Numbered from the stretch's first letter, positions 28,582 through 39,530 are shown. The stretch is DNA of 64,000 nucleotides from Thermoanaerobaculia bacterium (GCA_965116145.1 OZ220482.1:1800850-1864849); one strand, 5' to 3'. Notes: generated by a model from the sequence alone, not told the origin. Translations and numbers: made by a program.

Positions 28582-29201
28582 CCGCCCGTTTCGACCGGTT
28601 CACCAGCAGTCTGGCGCCGCTGCCCATCGAGAACATCGACACCGACCAGATCATCCCGGCGTCGTACCTGAAGGTCACCGACCGCACCGGCCTCGCCGCC
28701 GGCCTGTTCTCCCGCTGGCGCTACCGCAACGGCGATCCGGCAGGCGACCCCGTCTCCGACTTCGTGCTGAACCGCGCCGAGCACCGGGACGCGAGGATCC
28801 TGCTCGCCGGCGACAATTTCGGCTGCGGCAGCTCCCGCGAGCACGCGCCCTGGGCGCTCGTCGGCTACGGCTTCCGAGCCGTCATCAGCACATCCTTCGC
28901 CGACATCTTCCGCAGCAACGCGCTGAAGAACGGCCTGCTCGTCGTGCCCGTGACCGACACCCTCGCCGCCGCTCTGTTCGACGCCGTCGCCGCCGATCCC
29001 GCAACCGAGGTCACGATCGACCTCGAAGCGCAGACGGTCCGACTGCCGGACGGCGTCGAGGCGAGCTTCGACGTCGACCCGTTCGCCCGCCGGTGCCTGC
29101 TCGACGGCACGAGCCAGCTCGGCTATCTGCTGAACCGGGAACCGTCCATCGCGGCGTTCGAAGCCGCCCACCCGGCACGGCTCGACACCCGATCGGGCTG
29201 A
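28578..29201 (+). CDS. leuD: 3-isopropylmalate dehydratase small subunit
   Basis: The GTG at 28578 overlaps the leuC stop (GTGA). [14 protein letters not shown] and [17 protein letters not shown] are present. Confidence 0.85.
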   Translation: MTARFDRFTSSLAPLPIENIDTDQIIPASYLKVTDRTGLAAGLFSRWRYRNGDPAGDPVSDFVLNRAEHRDARILLAGDNFGCGSSREHAPWALVGYGFRAVISTSFADIFRSNALKNGLLVVPVTDTLAAALFDAVAADPATEVTIDLEAQTVRLPDGVEASFDVDPFARRCLLDGTSQLGYLLNREPSIAAFEAAHPARLDTRSG

Positions 29202-29216
29202 GCGAGGGGCTTTCCC

Positions 29217-30287
29217 GTGCAGGCGAAGATCGTCCTCCTTCCCGGCGACGGCGTCGGACCGGAAGTCACCGCGGAAGCGAAGCGCGTCCTGGCCGCCGCG
29301 GCCCGCCTCGGCAGCCACGACTTCGAGATCGATTCCCACCCGATGGGCGGCAACGCCATCGACGACTTCCGGAGTCCGCTGCCGCCGGCCACGCTGGCCG
29401 CATGCAAGGCCGCCGACGCCGTGCTTCTCGGCGCGGTCGGCGGGCCGAAGTGGTCCGACCCGACCGCTGAACTCCGACCCGAGCAGGGCCTGCTCGATCT
29501 GCGCGCCGAGCTCGGCCTGTTCGCCAACCTGCGGCCGGTGCCGGTATTCGAGTCCCTGGTGGAGTTCGCACCGCTAAAGCCGGAGCTGTTGCGCGGCGTC
29601 GACCTGCTGTTCGTCCGGGAGCTGACCGGCGGCATCTACTTCGGTCCCCGGCAGGAACAGGGCGACGGCGACACGGCGCACGACACGCTGGTCTACTCGA
29701 CGGCCGAGGTGGAGCGGGTCGCCCGGGTCGCTCTGCGCGCCGCACAGGGCCGGCGCCGGAAGGTCGCCTCGATCGACAAGGCGAACGTACTGGCCTCGAT
29801 GCGGCTCTGGCGGCGTTCCGTCTCCGAAGTCGCCAGCGCCTGGCCGGACGTCGATGTCAGCCACCACCTCGTCGACGCGTTCGCGATGCAGCTCATGCGC
29901 GCGCCCGCGGAGTACGACGTGATTCTCGCCGGCAACATGTTCGGCGACATCCTGAGCGACGAGGCGGCGATCCTCGCCGGTTCGCTCGGCATGCTGCCCT
30001 CCGCGTCCCTGGGCGAAGGCCGCCTGGGTCTGTACGAGCCGGTCCACGGATCGGCGCCCGACATCGCGGGCCGCGGCATCGCCAACCCCGTCGGCGCCAT
30101 CCTCAGCGCCGCGATGCTGCTCCGCCACAGCCTCGGTCTGGAAGCGGAGGCGGCACGGGTCGAAGCCGCGGTCGCCGCGGTTCTCGACGAGGGGCTGCGC
30201 ACTGCCGATCTGGCCCCGAGCGGGCATGCGGCCGTGTCCACGGCCGAGATGGGCAGGGCGATCGCCGCCAGGACAGGCGGCGCCTGA
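29217..30287 (+). CDS. leuB: 3-isopropylmalate dehydrogenase
   Basis: [24 protein letters not shown] and [26 protein letters not shown] are present. Confidence 0.9.
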   Translation: MQAKIVLLPGDGVGPEVTAEAKRVLAAAARLGSHDFEIDSHPMGGNAIDDFRSPLPPATLAACKAADAVLLGAVGGPKWSDPTAELRPEQGLLDLRAELGLFANLRPVPVFESLVEFAPLKPELLRGVDLLFVRELTGGIYFGPRQEQGDGDTAHDTLVYSTAEVERVARVALRAAQGRRRKVASIDKANVLASMRLWRRSVSEVASAWPDVDVSHHLVDAFAMQLMRAPAEYDVILAGNMFGDILSDEAAILAGSLGMLPSASLGEGRLGLYEPVHGSAPDIAGRGIANPVGAILSAAMLLRHSLGLEAEAARVEAAVAAVLDEGLRTADLAPSGHAAVSTAEMGRAIAARTGGA

Positions 30288-30312
30288 CTGCGGCCGGCGA
30301 TCCCGGTGCGGC

Positions 30313-31188
30313 TCAGCCGGGCGCCGAGTCCCGGAACAGCACCAGCAGCACCGTGCCCAGCACCAGCCGGTAGCCGACGAAGACCTGCAGGCTGCGGCGC
30401 CTGAGCCAGCCGAGCAGGCCGCCGATCACCAGGTAGCCGACCACCGCCGACAGGGAGGCGACAAGCAGCAGGGCAGGCAACTCGGACCGCGGCAGCGCGC
30501 CGCTCAGCAGGTCCAGACCGTCCTTGCCGGCAACGAAGACACCGGCCGGCAGCGCCAGCAGAAAGGCGAACCGCGCCGACGACTCGCGGTCGAATCCCAG
30601 GAGCCGGCCGGCGCTGATCGTGACGCCCGCCCGCGAGGCGCCGGGGATGAGCGCCAGCGCCTGCGCCAGGCCGAACACGAAGGCGTTCCGCCAGGTCACC
30701 TGATCGAGCCGACGGGTCTGCCTTCCCCATCGGTCGGCAGCGCCCAGGACCAGGCCGAAGCCGATCGTCGCCCAGGCGATCACGCCCGGGCTGCGGGCAT
30801 CGCCGGCCACCCAGTCGGCCGCCGCGACCCCGGCCACGAGCACGGGCAGCGAGGCCAGGGCGAGGAGCGGGATCATCCGCCGCGCGGCGGGATCGACGCC
30901 GCCGCCTGCGGCCGGCAGCAGCGCGCGCGCGAAGCGGACCAGGTCCCGCCGGAAGTACACGACCACGGCGGCCAGCGTGCCCGTGTTCGCCGCCACATCC
31001 ACGGCCAGCCCCTGATCCGGCCAGCCGGACAGCCTCGGCAACAGGATCAGGTGCGCCGTCGAACTGATCGGCAGGTACTCGGTCAACCCCTGCACCAGCG
31101 CCACGAGGATCAACTGCAGAGGCTGCACGCCGCGAGGATAGCCAAGCGGGGCCTGGAAGCCTCCGGCTGCGGCTACAATGCGCGGCAT
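30313..31188 (-). CDS. uppP: Undecaprenyl-diphosphate phosphatase
   Basis: Track ORF trimmed to the ATG at 31188 (MPRIVAAAG). LVQGLTEYLPISSTAHL and PGASRAGVTI motifs. Polytopic membrane profile. Confidence 0.8.
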   Translation of the reverse strand: MPRIVAAAGGFQAPLGYPRGVQPLQLILVALVQGLTEYLPISSTAHLILLPRLSGWPDQGLAVDVAANTGTLAAVVVYFRRDLVRFARALLPAAGGGVDPAARRMIPLLALASLPVLVAGVAAADWVAGDARSPGVIAWATIGFGLVLGAADRWGRQTRRLDQVTWRNAFVFGLAQALALIPGASRAGVTISAGRLLGFDRESSARFAFLLALPAGVFVAGKDGLDLLSGALPRSELPALLLVASLSAVVGYLVIGGLLGWLRRRSLQVFVGYRLVLGTVLLVLFRDSAPG

Positions 31189-31918
31189 GAAGAAACCCCG
31201 CCTTGCCGTCGACCAGTTGAACGCCCTGTTCCTCGCGCTCGTCCTTGTCACGGCCGCCTGCACGCAGCAAGGCTCCACAACCGCAGCCGGAACCGAGGAG
31301 CAGCCGCCTCCGACCCTGGAAACCTGGGACGAGAAGGCCTCCTACGCGCTCGGGTTGAACATCGGCAGCAGCCTCGACCCCGGAGACCTCGACCTGGACC
31401 AGGAGCTGCTGCTCCGCGGCTTCGCGGACTCCCTGGAGGGCGCCGCGGCGCTCGACGAGGCCGAGATCCAGGACATCCTGGGAGAGCTGAACCAGAAGAT
31501 GCAGGCCCGGACGGACCGCGAGCGCCAGGAGGTGCTGCTCGAGAACATGGCCCGCGGCGCCGCCTTCCTCGCCGCCAAGGCCAACGAGGAGGGAATCGTC
31601 AAGACGGACTCGGGGCTCCTCTATCGGATCATCCAAGACGGCCAGGAGGCCGGCGACAGTCCGACGGCGGACCAGCGCGTGACCGTCAACTACCGCGGCG
31701 CCCTGATCGACGGTACGGAGTTCGACAGCGGCGAGTCCGCGACCTTCAGCGTGAACGGCGTCATCGACGGATGGTCCGAAGCCCTGCAACTCATGAAGCC
31801 GGGCGCCAGGTGGGAGATCTTCGTTCCCGCCGAGCTCGGCTACGGCACCGGATCCCGGCCAGGCATCCCGCCGGGCGCCACGCTGGTCTTCGAGGTCGAA
31901 CTGGTCGACGTCAAGTAG
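31178..31918 (+). CDS. FKBP-type peptidyl-prolyl cis-trans isomerase, probable lipoprotein
   Basis: Lipobox-like LVTAAC near the N-terminus. C-terminal VTVNYRGALIDGTEFDS...GVIDGWSEAL...IPAELGYG...IPPGATLVFEVELVDV. The start is ATG 31178 or ATG 31187. Confidence 0.85.
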   Translation: MRGMKKPRLAVDQLNALFLALVLVTAACTQQGSTTAAGTEEQPPPTLETWDEKASYALGLNIGSSLDPGDLDLDQELLLRGFADSLEGAAALDEAEIQDILGELNQKMQARTDRERQEVLLENMARGAAFLAAKANEEGIVKTDSGLLYRIIQDGQEAGDSPTADQRVTVNYRGALIDGTEFDSGESATFSVNGVIDGWSEALQLMKPGARWEIFVPAELGYGTGSRPGIPPGATLVFEVELVDVK

Positions 31919-31952
31919 AGCCGCCGGTCGCTCCGCGCTCCCGCGGCGTGTG

Positions 31953-32669
31953 TCAATCCGGCGCGGCGGTGAACCGGTAGCCGACGCCGCGGACGGTGTG
32001 GAAGTGGCGCGGCCGCTCCGGATCCGGTTCGAAGCGCTTGCGCAGGCGGAGAATGAAGTTGTCGATCGTCCGCGACGACGGGAAGGCCTCGTAGCCCCAG
32101 ACCCGCTCCAGCAGGTCCTCCCGCGACACGACCTCGCCTTCGCGCTCGGCCAGGACCTTCAGGATCATCGCCTCCTTCTGGGTCAGTTGCTGCGCCTGGC
32201 CGTCCCAGGAGGCGCCGGTGAAGGCCGAGAAGTCGAAGTGGTTGCCGCCGAAGCTCACGCCGGCCGCCGCGTCGCCCGGACGCCACGACCTGCGCCGGAG
32301 GATCGCCTGCACCCGCAGCAGCAGCTCGGTCAGGTGAAACGGCTTGGCAAGGTAGTCGTCGCCGCCGGCCTCGAGCCCCCGGATCCGGTCATCGACGCCG
32401 GCCCTGGCCGTCAGGAACAGGACCGGCGTGTCGACGCCGCGGCGCCGCGCCTCCTCGCACAGCGTGAACCCGTCGACGCCCGGCAGCATCACATCGAGGA
32501 TCAGGAGCTGATAGCGCGGATCCCGCACCGGTTCCAGCGCCTGCCGGCCGTCGCGGATCCAGTCGACGCCGAGCCCGTCCGTTTCCAGATTGAAGCGGAT
32601 GCCGGCGGCGAGGTTCTCCTCGTCCTCGACCAGCAGCACCCGCACCCGGTCTTCGACCGGCAAGCTCAA
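31953..32669 (-). CDS. OmpR-family response regulator
   Basis: Receiver domain VLLVEDEENL...LLILDVMLPGVDG. Winged-helix C-terminus HTVRGVGYRF. The TTG start overlaps the kinase stop. Confidence 0.85.
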   Translation of the reverse strand: MSLPVEDRVRVLLVEDEENLAAGIRFNLETDGLGVDWIRDGRQALEPVRDPRYQLLILDVMLPGVDGFTLCEEARRRGVDTPVLFLTARAGVDDRIRGLEAGGDDYLAKPFHLTELLLRVQAILRRRSWRPGDAAAGVSFGGNHFDFSAFTGASWDGQAQQLTQKEAMILKVLAEREGEVVSREDLLERVWGYEAFPSSRTIDNFILRLRKRFEPDPERPRHFHTVRGVGYRFTAAPD

Positions 32670-33805
32670 GACAATGCTCCCGGAGCCTGCTCCCGGATCG
32701 GCCAGGTGACACGGAACACCGCGCCGCGGCCGGGACCCTCGCTGCGGGCCTCCACGTCTCCTCCCTCGAGCGACACGAAGCTGCGCACCAGGTAGAGGCC
32801 CAGGCCGCTGCCCTTCTTGTCGCGCCGCAGTTCACTGCCCGGGCGGTAGAACTTCTCGAACAGACGGCCGCTCTCCGCCGGGTCGAAGCCGGCGCCGTCG
32901 TCCGCGACTTCGAGTTCGACCGCCGAGTCCTGCCGCCTGGCCGTCACCTCCACCCTGGTGCCGGCCGCCCGGGCGGATTCGACCGCATTGCCGATCAGGT
33001 TTCGCAGGACCGTGCCCAGTCCGACCGGATCCGCCCGCAGGTCCAGGCCGTCCTCGACGCGCACATCGATCTCGATGTCGTCGTCCTCGCCGCCGCTCCG
33101 GTGCCCGAGCTCCGCAAAGGCAAGAGACACTGCCTCCTCGAGATCGACCGGTTCGCGGCGGAGGGTCACCTTCGCCTGCTCCAGCCGGTTGGTCTCCAGC
33201 AGGTTGTCGATCATTCGCTCCAGCCGTCGCAGATCCTCCAGGTTGCGCTCGAGCAGCGAGTGCCCGTCGGCCGCCACCAGATCGCGCAGCAGCAGCGTTT
33301 CCGTGGTCAACCGCAGACTGGCCAGCGGACTCCGCAGCTCGTGCGACACGGCAGCGAGGAAGTTCTGCTGGCGAGCCAGGAGATCCGCCTCCCGCCGCAG
33401 CAGGCCCCACAGGAGAAGGACGCCGCCAGCGATCACCGCCAGGAAGAACCCTCCCTCCCAGCGGTACTGGTTCAGGTGGCTTCGGCGATCCCGCTCGATC
33501 GCCGCATGGGTCTCCGCGCGCACCTGCACCCCGTCGGCGCCGATCTCCAGGTGCGGATAGAGGGCGCCGAGTTCCTCGATCGACTGACCGGCCCTGAGCG
33601 ACGCCTCGGCCGCCGTTCGGTCCAGTTCGACCTCGGCGGCACGATCGGACGCGATGCGGTCGGCAAGTCCTGACTGGTCGACCAGCCACCACACGACCTG
33701 GACCGCCGTCAGCGCCAGCAGGAGCAGAAAGCCGATCTGCAGCCGCCACACCCGAACGCCCTCCTGCGAGCGACGGCGGCGCGGGCGCAGGCGCGGACCA
33801 GGCAT
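32666..33805 (-). CDS. Sensor histidine kinase
   Basis: Two TM segments. H-box SHELRSPLASL, N-box LIGNAVES, G-boxes DDGAGFDP and GSGLGLYLV. ATG at 33805 is preferred over the TTG at 33820. Confidence 0.8.
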   Translation of the reverse strand: MPGPRLRPRRRRSQEGVRVWRLQIGFLLLLALTAVQVVWWLVDQSGLADRIASDRAAEVELDRTAAEASLRAGQSIEELGALYPHLEIGADGVQVRAETHAAIERDRRSHLNQYRWEGGFFLAVIAGGVLLLWGLLRREADLLARQQNFLAAVSHELRSPLASLRLTTETLLLRDLVAADGHSLLERNLEDLRRLERMIDNLLETNRLEQAKVTLRREPVDLEEAVSLAFAELGHRSGGEDDDIEIDVRVEDGLDLRADPVGLGTVLRNLIGNAVESARAAGTRVEVTARRQDSAVELEVADDGAGFDPAESGRLFEKFYRPGSELRRDKKGSGLGLYLVRSFVSLEGGDVEARSEGPGRGAVFRVTWPIREQAPGALS

Positions 33806-33849
33806 CGGCCTATTCTGCAACGATGGCGGGCTGGTAGCTTCGCTGGCCG

Positions 33850-34704
33850 ATGCTTGAACCGGTCTCTGTCCAGCGTGCCGCGTCCACCGACGACGTCGAA
33901 GTCGCCGTCCACGACTTCGGCGGCGACGGCCCGGACCTGATTGTCGGCCACGCCACCGGCTTCCACGCGAGGGTCTACGACCCGATGCTCGAGCACCTCG
34001 GCGGCTTCCGCAGAGTCAGCGTCGACGTGCGGGGTCACGGCGACGCCACGGCGCCGGACGGACTCGACTATCGCTGGGAAGGCTGTGCGGAAGACCTGCT
34101 CGCGGCGATCGAGGCAAGTGGTCTCGGCGTCGACCGGCCGCTGTTCGGTTTCGGCCACTCGATGGGCGCGGCTTCCCTGCTGATGGCAGCGCCCTGGCGG
34201 CCCGGCCTCTTCGCCGGTCTGGTCTGCTACGAGCCGGTCGTCTACCCACCGGGTGTGACGAACGACGATTTCCGCATCGACGCCTGGGCAGAACGCACGA
34301 GGCGGCGCCGCAGCCGCTTTCCCTCGCACGAGGCGGCCGTCGCCAACTACGCGGTCAAGCCCGCCTACTCCGGAGTTCACCCGGAAGCCCTCGAGGCCTA
34401 CGTCCGTCATGGCTTCGCGCCCGGCGCGGACGGCGGGATCAGGATCAAGTGCCGGCCGGAGGTCGAGGCGCAGCTCTATCTGATGGGACCCCGGCACGGC
34501 GGCTGGGACACGCTGTGCCAGGTCGACTGTCCGGTCACCCTGCTGCGAGGCTCCGTCCTCAGCCCCGGGCCTGCGTACTGGGCCGAGGCGATCGTCGATG
34601 AGCTGCCGGACGTGCGCTTCCTCGAGGTCGAAGGGCTCGGTCACCTCGGTCCGCTGGAGGATCCGGCGCAGGTGGCGGCGCTGGTGACCTCGGCGTTCGC
34701 ATAG
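33850..34704 (+). CDS. Alpha/beta-fold hydrolase
   Basis: Nucleophile elbow GFGHSMGA and a C-terminal GLGHLGPLE histidine motif. Confidence 0.7.
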   Translation: MLEPVSVQRAASTDDVEVAVHDFGGDGPDLIVGHATGFHARVYDPMLEHLGGFRRVSVDVRGHGDATAPDGLDYRWEGCAEDLLAAIEASGLGVDRPLFGFGHSMGAASLLMAAPWRPGLFAGLVCYEPVVYPPGVTNDDFRIDAWAERTRRRRSRFPSHEAAVANYAVKPAYSGVHPEALEAYVRHGFAPGADGGIRIKCRPEVEAQLYLMGPRHGGWDTLCQVDCPVTLLRGSVLSPGPAYWAEAIVDELPDVRFLEVEGLGHLGPLEDPAQVAALVTSAFA

Positions 34705-34711
34705 CGACGCC

Positions 34712-37081
34712 TCAGCGGCGTCCAAGCAGTTCCTGTCCGCGGGCCAGCGCCTGCCGCTCCTCGGTCGGCCGCCCCAGCCGGTTCAGGATGTCGGCCAGCA
34801 CGAAGTAGCCCAGTGCTCCGTCCCGGCCGGTCGGCTCGCTCTGCAGGCCGCGGCGTACGAGCGTCTCCGCCTCCTTCAGGTCGCGGCCGTGATCCATCAG
34901 CGCCTTCGCCAGGTGGAAACGGCCGACCGCGAACTCGGGCGCCGCCGCGATGGCGGCTCGATAGGCCTCGATCTGCAGGTCGCTCCGGCCCTGCCGTCCA
35001 TGGAGGCGCCCGAGATTGAAGCGGGGGCGGTGGTCGCGGGGGCGCAGTTCTGCCGACCGCCGGTACGACGCGACCGCTTCCTCCATCCGCCCCGACTCGT
35101 CCAGCAGCACCGCAAGGTTGAAGTGGGCCTCGCCGAGGTCCGGATTCGCCTGGACGGCCTGCCGGAACAGCGCCTCGGCTTCGCCGCTCCGCCCCAGCAG
35201 GGCCATCACCTCGCCGTGCTTGCTGGTCACGACGGCCGGCGGCTCGCGGCCCTCGGCGGCGGCGGCCAGAACCCGTTCAGCCTCCGTCAGCTCGCCGCGG
35301 TCGACATGGATCCGCGCCAGCGCCATCGTCGCCTTGGCGTCCTGCCCGGCGATGTCCAGAAGCCGTCGGTAGCCGACCAGCGCATCCTCGACGCGTCCGA
35401 GCTCGTGGTAGGCGTTGGCGAGACCGAGCAGCGACTGCCGGTGCTCGCCGTCGAGGGCCAGTGCTCGCTGGAAGTGATCGATCGCCGGCTCCGGATCGCC
35501 GGCCAGCAGGGTGATCGTGCCCAGAAGCTGGTGCGCGTCGAGCAGTCCGTCGTCCTCGGCAAGCGCCGTGCGCAGTTCGGCCGCGGCGACGTCCTCGTCG
35601 CCGGCGCCGAAGGCGCTCTGCGCCCGCATGATCGCCCGGTGCAGGTGGGCCTTGTCCTTCGGATCGGCTCGCGGCCCCTCGACATTCCGCCGGGCGGCGG
35701 CGCCGCGGCCGGCGAGATAGCCCAGCGCCCGCAACTGCGCCAGGGCTTCGTCGTCGAGATCCGGTTCTGCCGAGCCGGCGTCAGGCGCCGCGCGGTCGAG
35801 TGCCGCCGCGAGATCGAGCGTCTCGATCCGCAGGCGGCGGGCAACATCGCGGCGCTCGAGCAGGAGGTTCTCCTGTTCGCCCGGATCGTCGAGCAGGTCG
35901 TAGAGCTCGGGGCCGGGCGCCTCGATGAACTTGTGCTCGGCCGTCCGCAGCGAACGAAGCGGCGCCCAGCCGTAGTGGTCGAGGGCGTAGAAGGACTCGG
36001 CGTAGACGCCGCGCTCGGCGTCGGGATGCGACCGCCCCTCCAGATCCGGGAGCAGACTCCGGCCCTGGAGCGCAGCGTCCCGGTCAAAACCGAGGAGCTC
36101 GATCAGGGTCGGCGCGATGTCGACGTGGCTGGCCGCCGCGCGGACGACCCGACCGGCCTCGACACCTCCGGGCAGGCGAACGATGAGCGGTACGTGCACT
36201 GTCGAGTCGTAGACGAAGAAGCCGTGGTAGCTCTCGCCGTGGTCGCCGAGCCCCTCGCCGTGGTCGGACGTCAGCACGACGACCGCCCGGTCGAACAGTC
36301 CGCGCTCTTCGAGAGCCGCCCGGAATTCGCCGATCAGCGAGTCGGTCCAGGCGACTTCGCCGTCGTAGGGCCGCCCCCGGTACTCGGACCGGAACGGCTC
36401 CGGGGGATCGTAGGGGTCATGGGGATCGAACAGGTGGAGCCACAAGAAGAAGGGAGCCTCCAGTGGCTCTTCCGACGCAGCGCCGTCGAGCCACTCCAGT
36501 GCGTTCGCGATCGCCTCCGGCCCGGCACGCTGGACCGAACCGAGGTTGGCGCCCGCCATTTCGTCGAGGTCGAAATCGTCGACGTAGGTGTCGAACCCGC
36601 GGGCGATCCCCCAGCGCGCATCCAGCACGAAGGCGCTGACGACGGCGCCGGTGCGGTAGCCGGCGCCCCGGAACCGCTCGGCGAGCGTCACCAGCTCCGG
36701 CGCCAGAACGTAGCCGACGTTCTCGCGGACGCCGTGCGACGGCGGATAGAGGCCGGTCATGATCGAGCTGTGCGCCGGCAAGGTGAACGGCACCGTCGAG
36801 GAGGCGTTGGTGAAGCGGATGCCCTCGGCGGCCAGGCGATCGATGTGCGGCGTGGCGACCCGGACCGAACCGTAGCTCGACAGGCGGTCGGCGCGGAGAG
36901 TGTCGATCGTGATCAGGATGACGGGAGGCGCCGCTCCCGACGCCTGCCCGAGCAGGTACGAAACGTCCGCCCGGACCGGAACCGGCGTCGGGTCCTCCGG
37001 CTCGGCCGTGCAGGCGGCGAGACCCGTCGCCAGCAGCGCCGCCGGCAGAAGCCGAACGCGCAAACCGCGAATCGGGTTCAT
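34712..37081 (-). CDS. Sulfatase-family (alkaline-phosphatase superfamily) lipoprotein fused to C-terminal TPR repeats
   Basis: Lipobox TGLAAC. ITIDTLRADRLSSYG and LTSDHGEGLGDHGE sulfatase motifs. The C-terminal half has repeated 34-residue A/L/G-patterned TPR units. Confidence 0.75.
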   Translation of the reverse strand: MNPIRGLRVRLLPAALLATGLAACTAEPEDPTPVPVRADVSYLLGQASGAAPPVILITIDTLRADRLSSYGSVRVATPHIDRLAAEGIRFTNASSTVPFTLPAHSSIMTGLYPPSHGVRENVGYVLAPELVTLAERFRGAGYRTGAVVSAFVLDARWGIARGFDTYVDDFDLDEMAGANLGSVQRAGPEAIANALEWLDGAASEEPLEAPFFLWLHLFDPHDPYDPPEPFRSEYRGRPYDGEVAWTDSLIGEFRAALEERGLFDRAVVVLTSDHGEGLGDHGESYHGFFVYDSTVHVPLIVRLPGGVEAGRVVRAAASHVDIAPTLIELLGFDRDAALQGRSLLPDLEGRSHPDAERGVYAESFYALDHYGWAPLRSLRTAEHKFIEAPGPELYDLLDDPGEQENLLLERRDVARRLRIETLDLAAALDRAAPDAGSAEPDLDDEALAQLRALGYLAGRGAAARRNVEGPRADPKDKAHLHRAIMRAQSAFGAGDEDVAAAELRTALAEDDGLLDAHQLLGTITLLAGDPEPAIDHFQRALALDGEHRQSLLGLANAYHELGRVEDALVGYRRLLDIAGQDAKATMALARIHVDRGELTEAERVLAAAAEGREPPAVVTSKHGEVMALLGRSGEAEALFRQAVQANPDLGEAHFNLAVLLDESGRMEEAVASYRRSAELRPRDHRPRFNLGRLHGRQGRSDLQIEAYRAAIAAAPEFAVGRFHLAKALMDHGRDLKEAETLVRRGLQSEPTGRDGALGYFVLADILNRLGRPTEERQALARGQELLGRR

Positions 37082-37094
37082 GGATCCGACGCCC

Positions 37095-38009
37095 TCAGCC
37101 AGCTTCGCGAAGCGCTCCCAGCGCCCGGATGTGATCGGGACCCAGTCCGCAGCAGCCGCCGACGATCCGAACGCCGGCCGCTACCCAGCCGCGGGCTTCG
37201 GCCAGCAGGTCGGCCGGGTCGATCACGTCGACGAAGTTCCAGTTCGGCATCGTGAAGTGGCCGGACTCCGGGTACACGCCGATCGGCCCCGGCCAGCGCG
37301 CCTGCACCATCGCCACCGCCTCCGGCACGGCCGCGATCTCGCTATGCATGACGTGCACGATCGACGGCCCGATCGGAATCAGCGTGTCGAGCAACCGCTC
37401 GAAGGACTCGTCAGGCCAGTTGAAGGGCGTGATCGCGCCGGTCTCGGGATCCTTGCGGGCGCTGACCCCGAGCCACACCGGCAGACCGGTCTCCTTGGCC
37501 GCCCGGAACGCAAGCGCCGCGCGTTCGCGGTCCTGCATCATCTCGAGCGCGATGACATCGACACCGGACCCTGCAAGGAGCCCGGCCTGCTCCCGATAGG
37601 CCGCCATCTGCTCGTCGAGCGGCGCGTAGCCGCTGCGACTGTTGTTCGCCGGCATCGTCGACATCGAGCCGGCCACCAGGACGCCCGGACACCCGGCTCG
37701 CTCCCGCGCCTCGAGCGCCGCCGCCACCGCCTGCCGCACGATCTGCTCGATCCGGCCGCCCAGACCCGCGGCCTCCAGCAACGGGCGGTGCGTGGCGAAC
37801 GTGTTGGTGATGACCGCGTCCGCTCCGGCCCGGATGTAGTCCTCGTGGAGGTCCCGGATCGCATCCTGGTGCTCCAGCGCCGCCGTCCCGCACCAGGCCG
37901 CCGAGTTCATCGGCACTCCGCGGCGCTCCAGTTCGGTCCCGGTGCCGCCGTCCAGAAGAAGGATCTCCCCCCGGTCCAGACAGTCATGCCACTGTTCGAC
38001 GATTCCCAT
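37095..38009 (-). CDS. mmuM: Homocysteine S-methyltransferase family protein
   Basis: Trimmed to the ATG at 38009 (MGIVEQWHD). LLLDGGTGTELERRG, ITNTFATH and the zinc-ligand motif GGCCGLGPDHI are present. Confidence 0.7.
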   Translation of the reverse strand: MGIVEQWHDCLDRGEILLLDGGTGTELERRGVPMNSAAWCGTAALEHQDAIRDLHEDYIRAGADAVITNTFATHRPLLEAAGLGGRIEQIVRQAVAAALEARERAGCPGVLVAGSMSTMPANNSRSGYAPLDEQMAAYREQAGLLAGSGVDVIALEMMQDRERAALAFRAAKETGLPVWLGVSARKDPETGAITPFNWPDESFERLLDTLIPIGPSIVHVMHSEIAAVPEAVAMVQARWPGPIGVYPESGHFTMPNWNFVDVIDPADLLAEARGWVAAGVRIVGGCCGLGPDHIRALGALREAG

Positions 38010-38190
38010 CCCTTCTCCCGTGAAGCTGGCCGGATGACATCGCGCCACTCTGCCACATCGGCGCGCTCGGAACCGGCTACACTCGCGGCCGGCGGTCGGC
38101 AGCGGATGCCGCGCCGCACCATGGCGGCCATGCAGCCCATGCCCCCACCAGACGGCCGGGCCGGGAGGACGCCGAACCGGAGGCAACCCG

Positions 38191-39513
38191 ATGAGCAGCG
38201 ACTGGTTCTACGAGTTCGACACCCTGTCCCTGCACGCCGGCCAGCGGCCGGACCCGGCGACCGGGGCCCGCGCCGTGCCGGTCTACAACTCGACGTCCTA
38301 CGTGTTCCGGGACACGGACCATGCCGCCGGTCTGTTCAACCTGGAGGAAGCGGGGCACATCTACTCGCGGATCTCGAACCCGACAGTGGCGGTGTTCGAG
38401 GAGCGCATCGCCGCCCTGGAAGGTGGCGTCGGCGCCGTGGCGACCGCGTCCGGGCAAGCGGCCTTCCACCTGGCCGCGGCGACGATCCTGTCCGCCGGCG
38501 ACCATGTCGTCTCCTCCGCCGCGATCTATGGCGGCACCCACAACCTGCTGAACCACACGCTGCGCCGGTTCGGGATCGAGACCACCTTCGTCGAACCGAC
38601 CGAGCCCGCAAACTTCCGCCGCGCCGCGCGGCCGAACACGAAGCTGTTCTTCGGCGAGACGATCGGCAATCCGCGAATCGACGTGCTGGACATTCCCGCC
38701 GTCGCCGAGCATGCCCACGAGGTCGGTGCGCCGCTCCTGATCGACAACACGTTCGGCACGCCGTACCTGTCGCGGCCGATCGACCTCGGCGCCGACATCG
38801 TGATGCACTCCGCAACCAAGTTCCTGGGCGGCCACGGCGTGACCCTGGGCGGCGTGCTGATCGACAGCGGCAAGTTCGACTGGGCCGCGTCCGGACGCTT
38901 CCCGATCATGACCGAGCCCTGCCCGGGCTACCACGGCATCTCCTTCGCCGAGCACTACGGGCCGCCGGCCTTTGTCCTGAAGGCCCGGCTCGAGGGGTTG
39001 CGCGACTTCGGCGCCTGCCTCAACCCGCAGGCAGCGTTCTACCTGCTGCAGGGGCTCGAGACCCTGCCGCTGCGGGTCGCCCGCCACGTCGAGAACGCCC
39101 GCGCGGTGGCCGAGTTCCTGGAGCAGCACGAGGCAGTCGAGTGGGTGAGCTATCCCGACCTGCCGAGCCACCGGCAGCACGATCTGGCAAGGAAGCTCCT
39201 GCCGAAGGGCAGCGGCGCCCTGCTCACCTTCGGCATCCGCGGTGGACGTGAGGCAGGGATCGCCTTCATCGAGAGCCTTGATCTCTGGTCGCATCTGGCG
39301 AACGTCGGCGACGCGAAGAGCCTGGTGATCCACCCCGCAAGCACAACGCACCAGCAGATGACCGCCGTGGAACTCGCCGAGTCGGGCGTCACCCAGGAAA
39401 TGGTGCGACTGTCGGTCGGTCTCGAGGCCCCCCGGGATCTCATGGCGGACCTCGATCGGGCGCTCAAGCGCTCGCAGAAACAGGCCCGACGACCTCGGGC
39501 CGTCGCCTCCTGA
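38191..39513 (+). CDS. metY: O-acetylhomoserine sulfhydrylase (Cys/Met-metabolism PLP enzyme)
   Basis: SLHAGQRPDP, NPTVAVFEERIAALEGG and the PLP-lysine motif HSATKFLGGHG are present. Confidence 0.85.
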   Translation: MSSDWFYEFDTLSLHAGQRPDPATGARAVPVYNSTSYVFRDTDHAAGLFNLEEAGHIYSRISNPTVAVFEERIAALEGGVGAVATASGQAAFHLAAATILSAGDHVVSSAAIYGGTHNLLNHTLRRFGIETTFVEPTEPANFRRAARPNTKLFFGETIGNPRIDVLDIPAVAEHAHEVGAPLLIDNTFGTPYLSRPIDLGADIVMHSATKFLGGHGVTLGGVLIDSGKFDWAASGRFPIMTEPCPGYHGISFAEHYGPPAFVLKARLEGLRDFGACLNPQAAFYLLQGLETLPLRVARHVENARAVAEFLEQHEAVEWVSYPDLPSHRQHDLARKLLPKGSGALLTFGIRGGREAGIAFIESLDLWSHLANVGDAKSLVIHPASTTHQQMTAVELAESGVTQEMVRLSVGLEAPRDLMADLDRALKRSQKQARRPRAVAS

Positions 39514-39530
39514 GCGGGAGTCTGCTCTTC

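Noticed and set aside
31178-31188. Overlapping divergent start codons of uppP (31188, minus) and the FKBP gene (31178 or 31187, plus).
   Set aside because: This is probably a start-codon assignment ambiguity (alternative ATG at 31187, internal starts for uppP) rather than a true overlap. It is not informative without TSS data.
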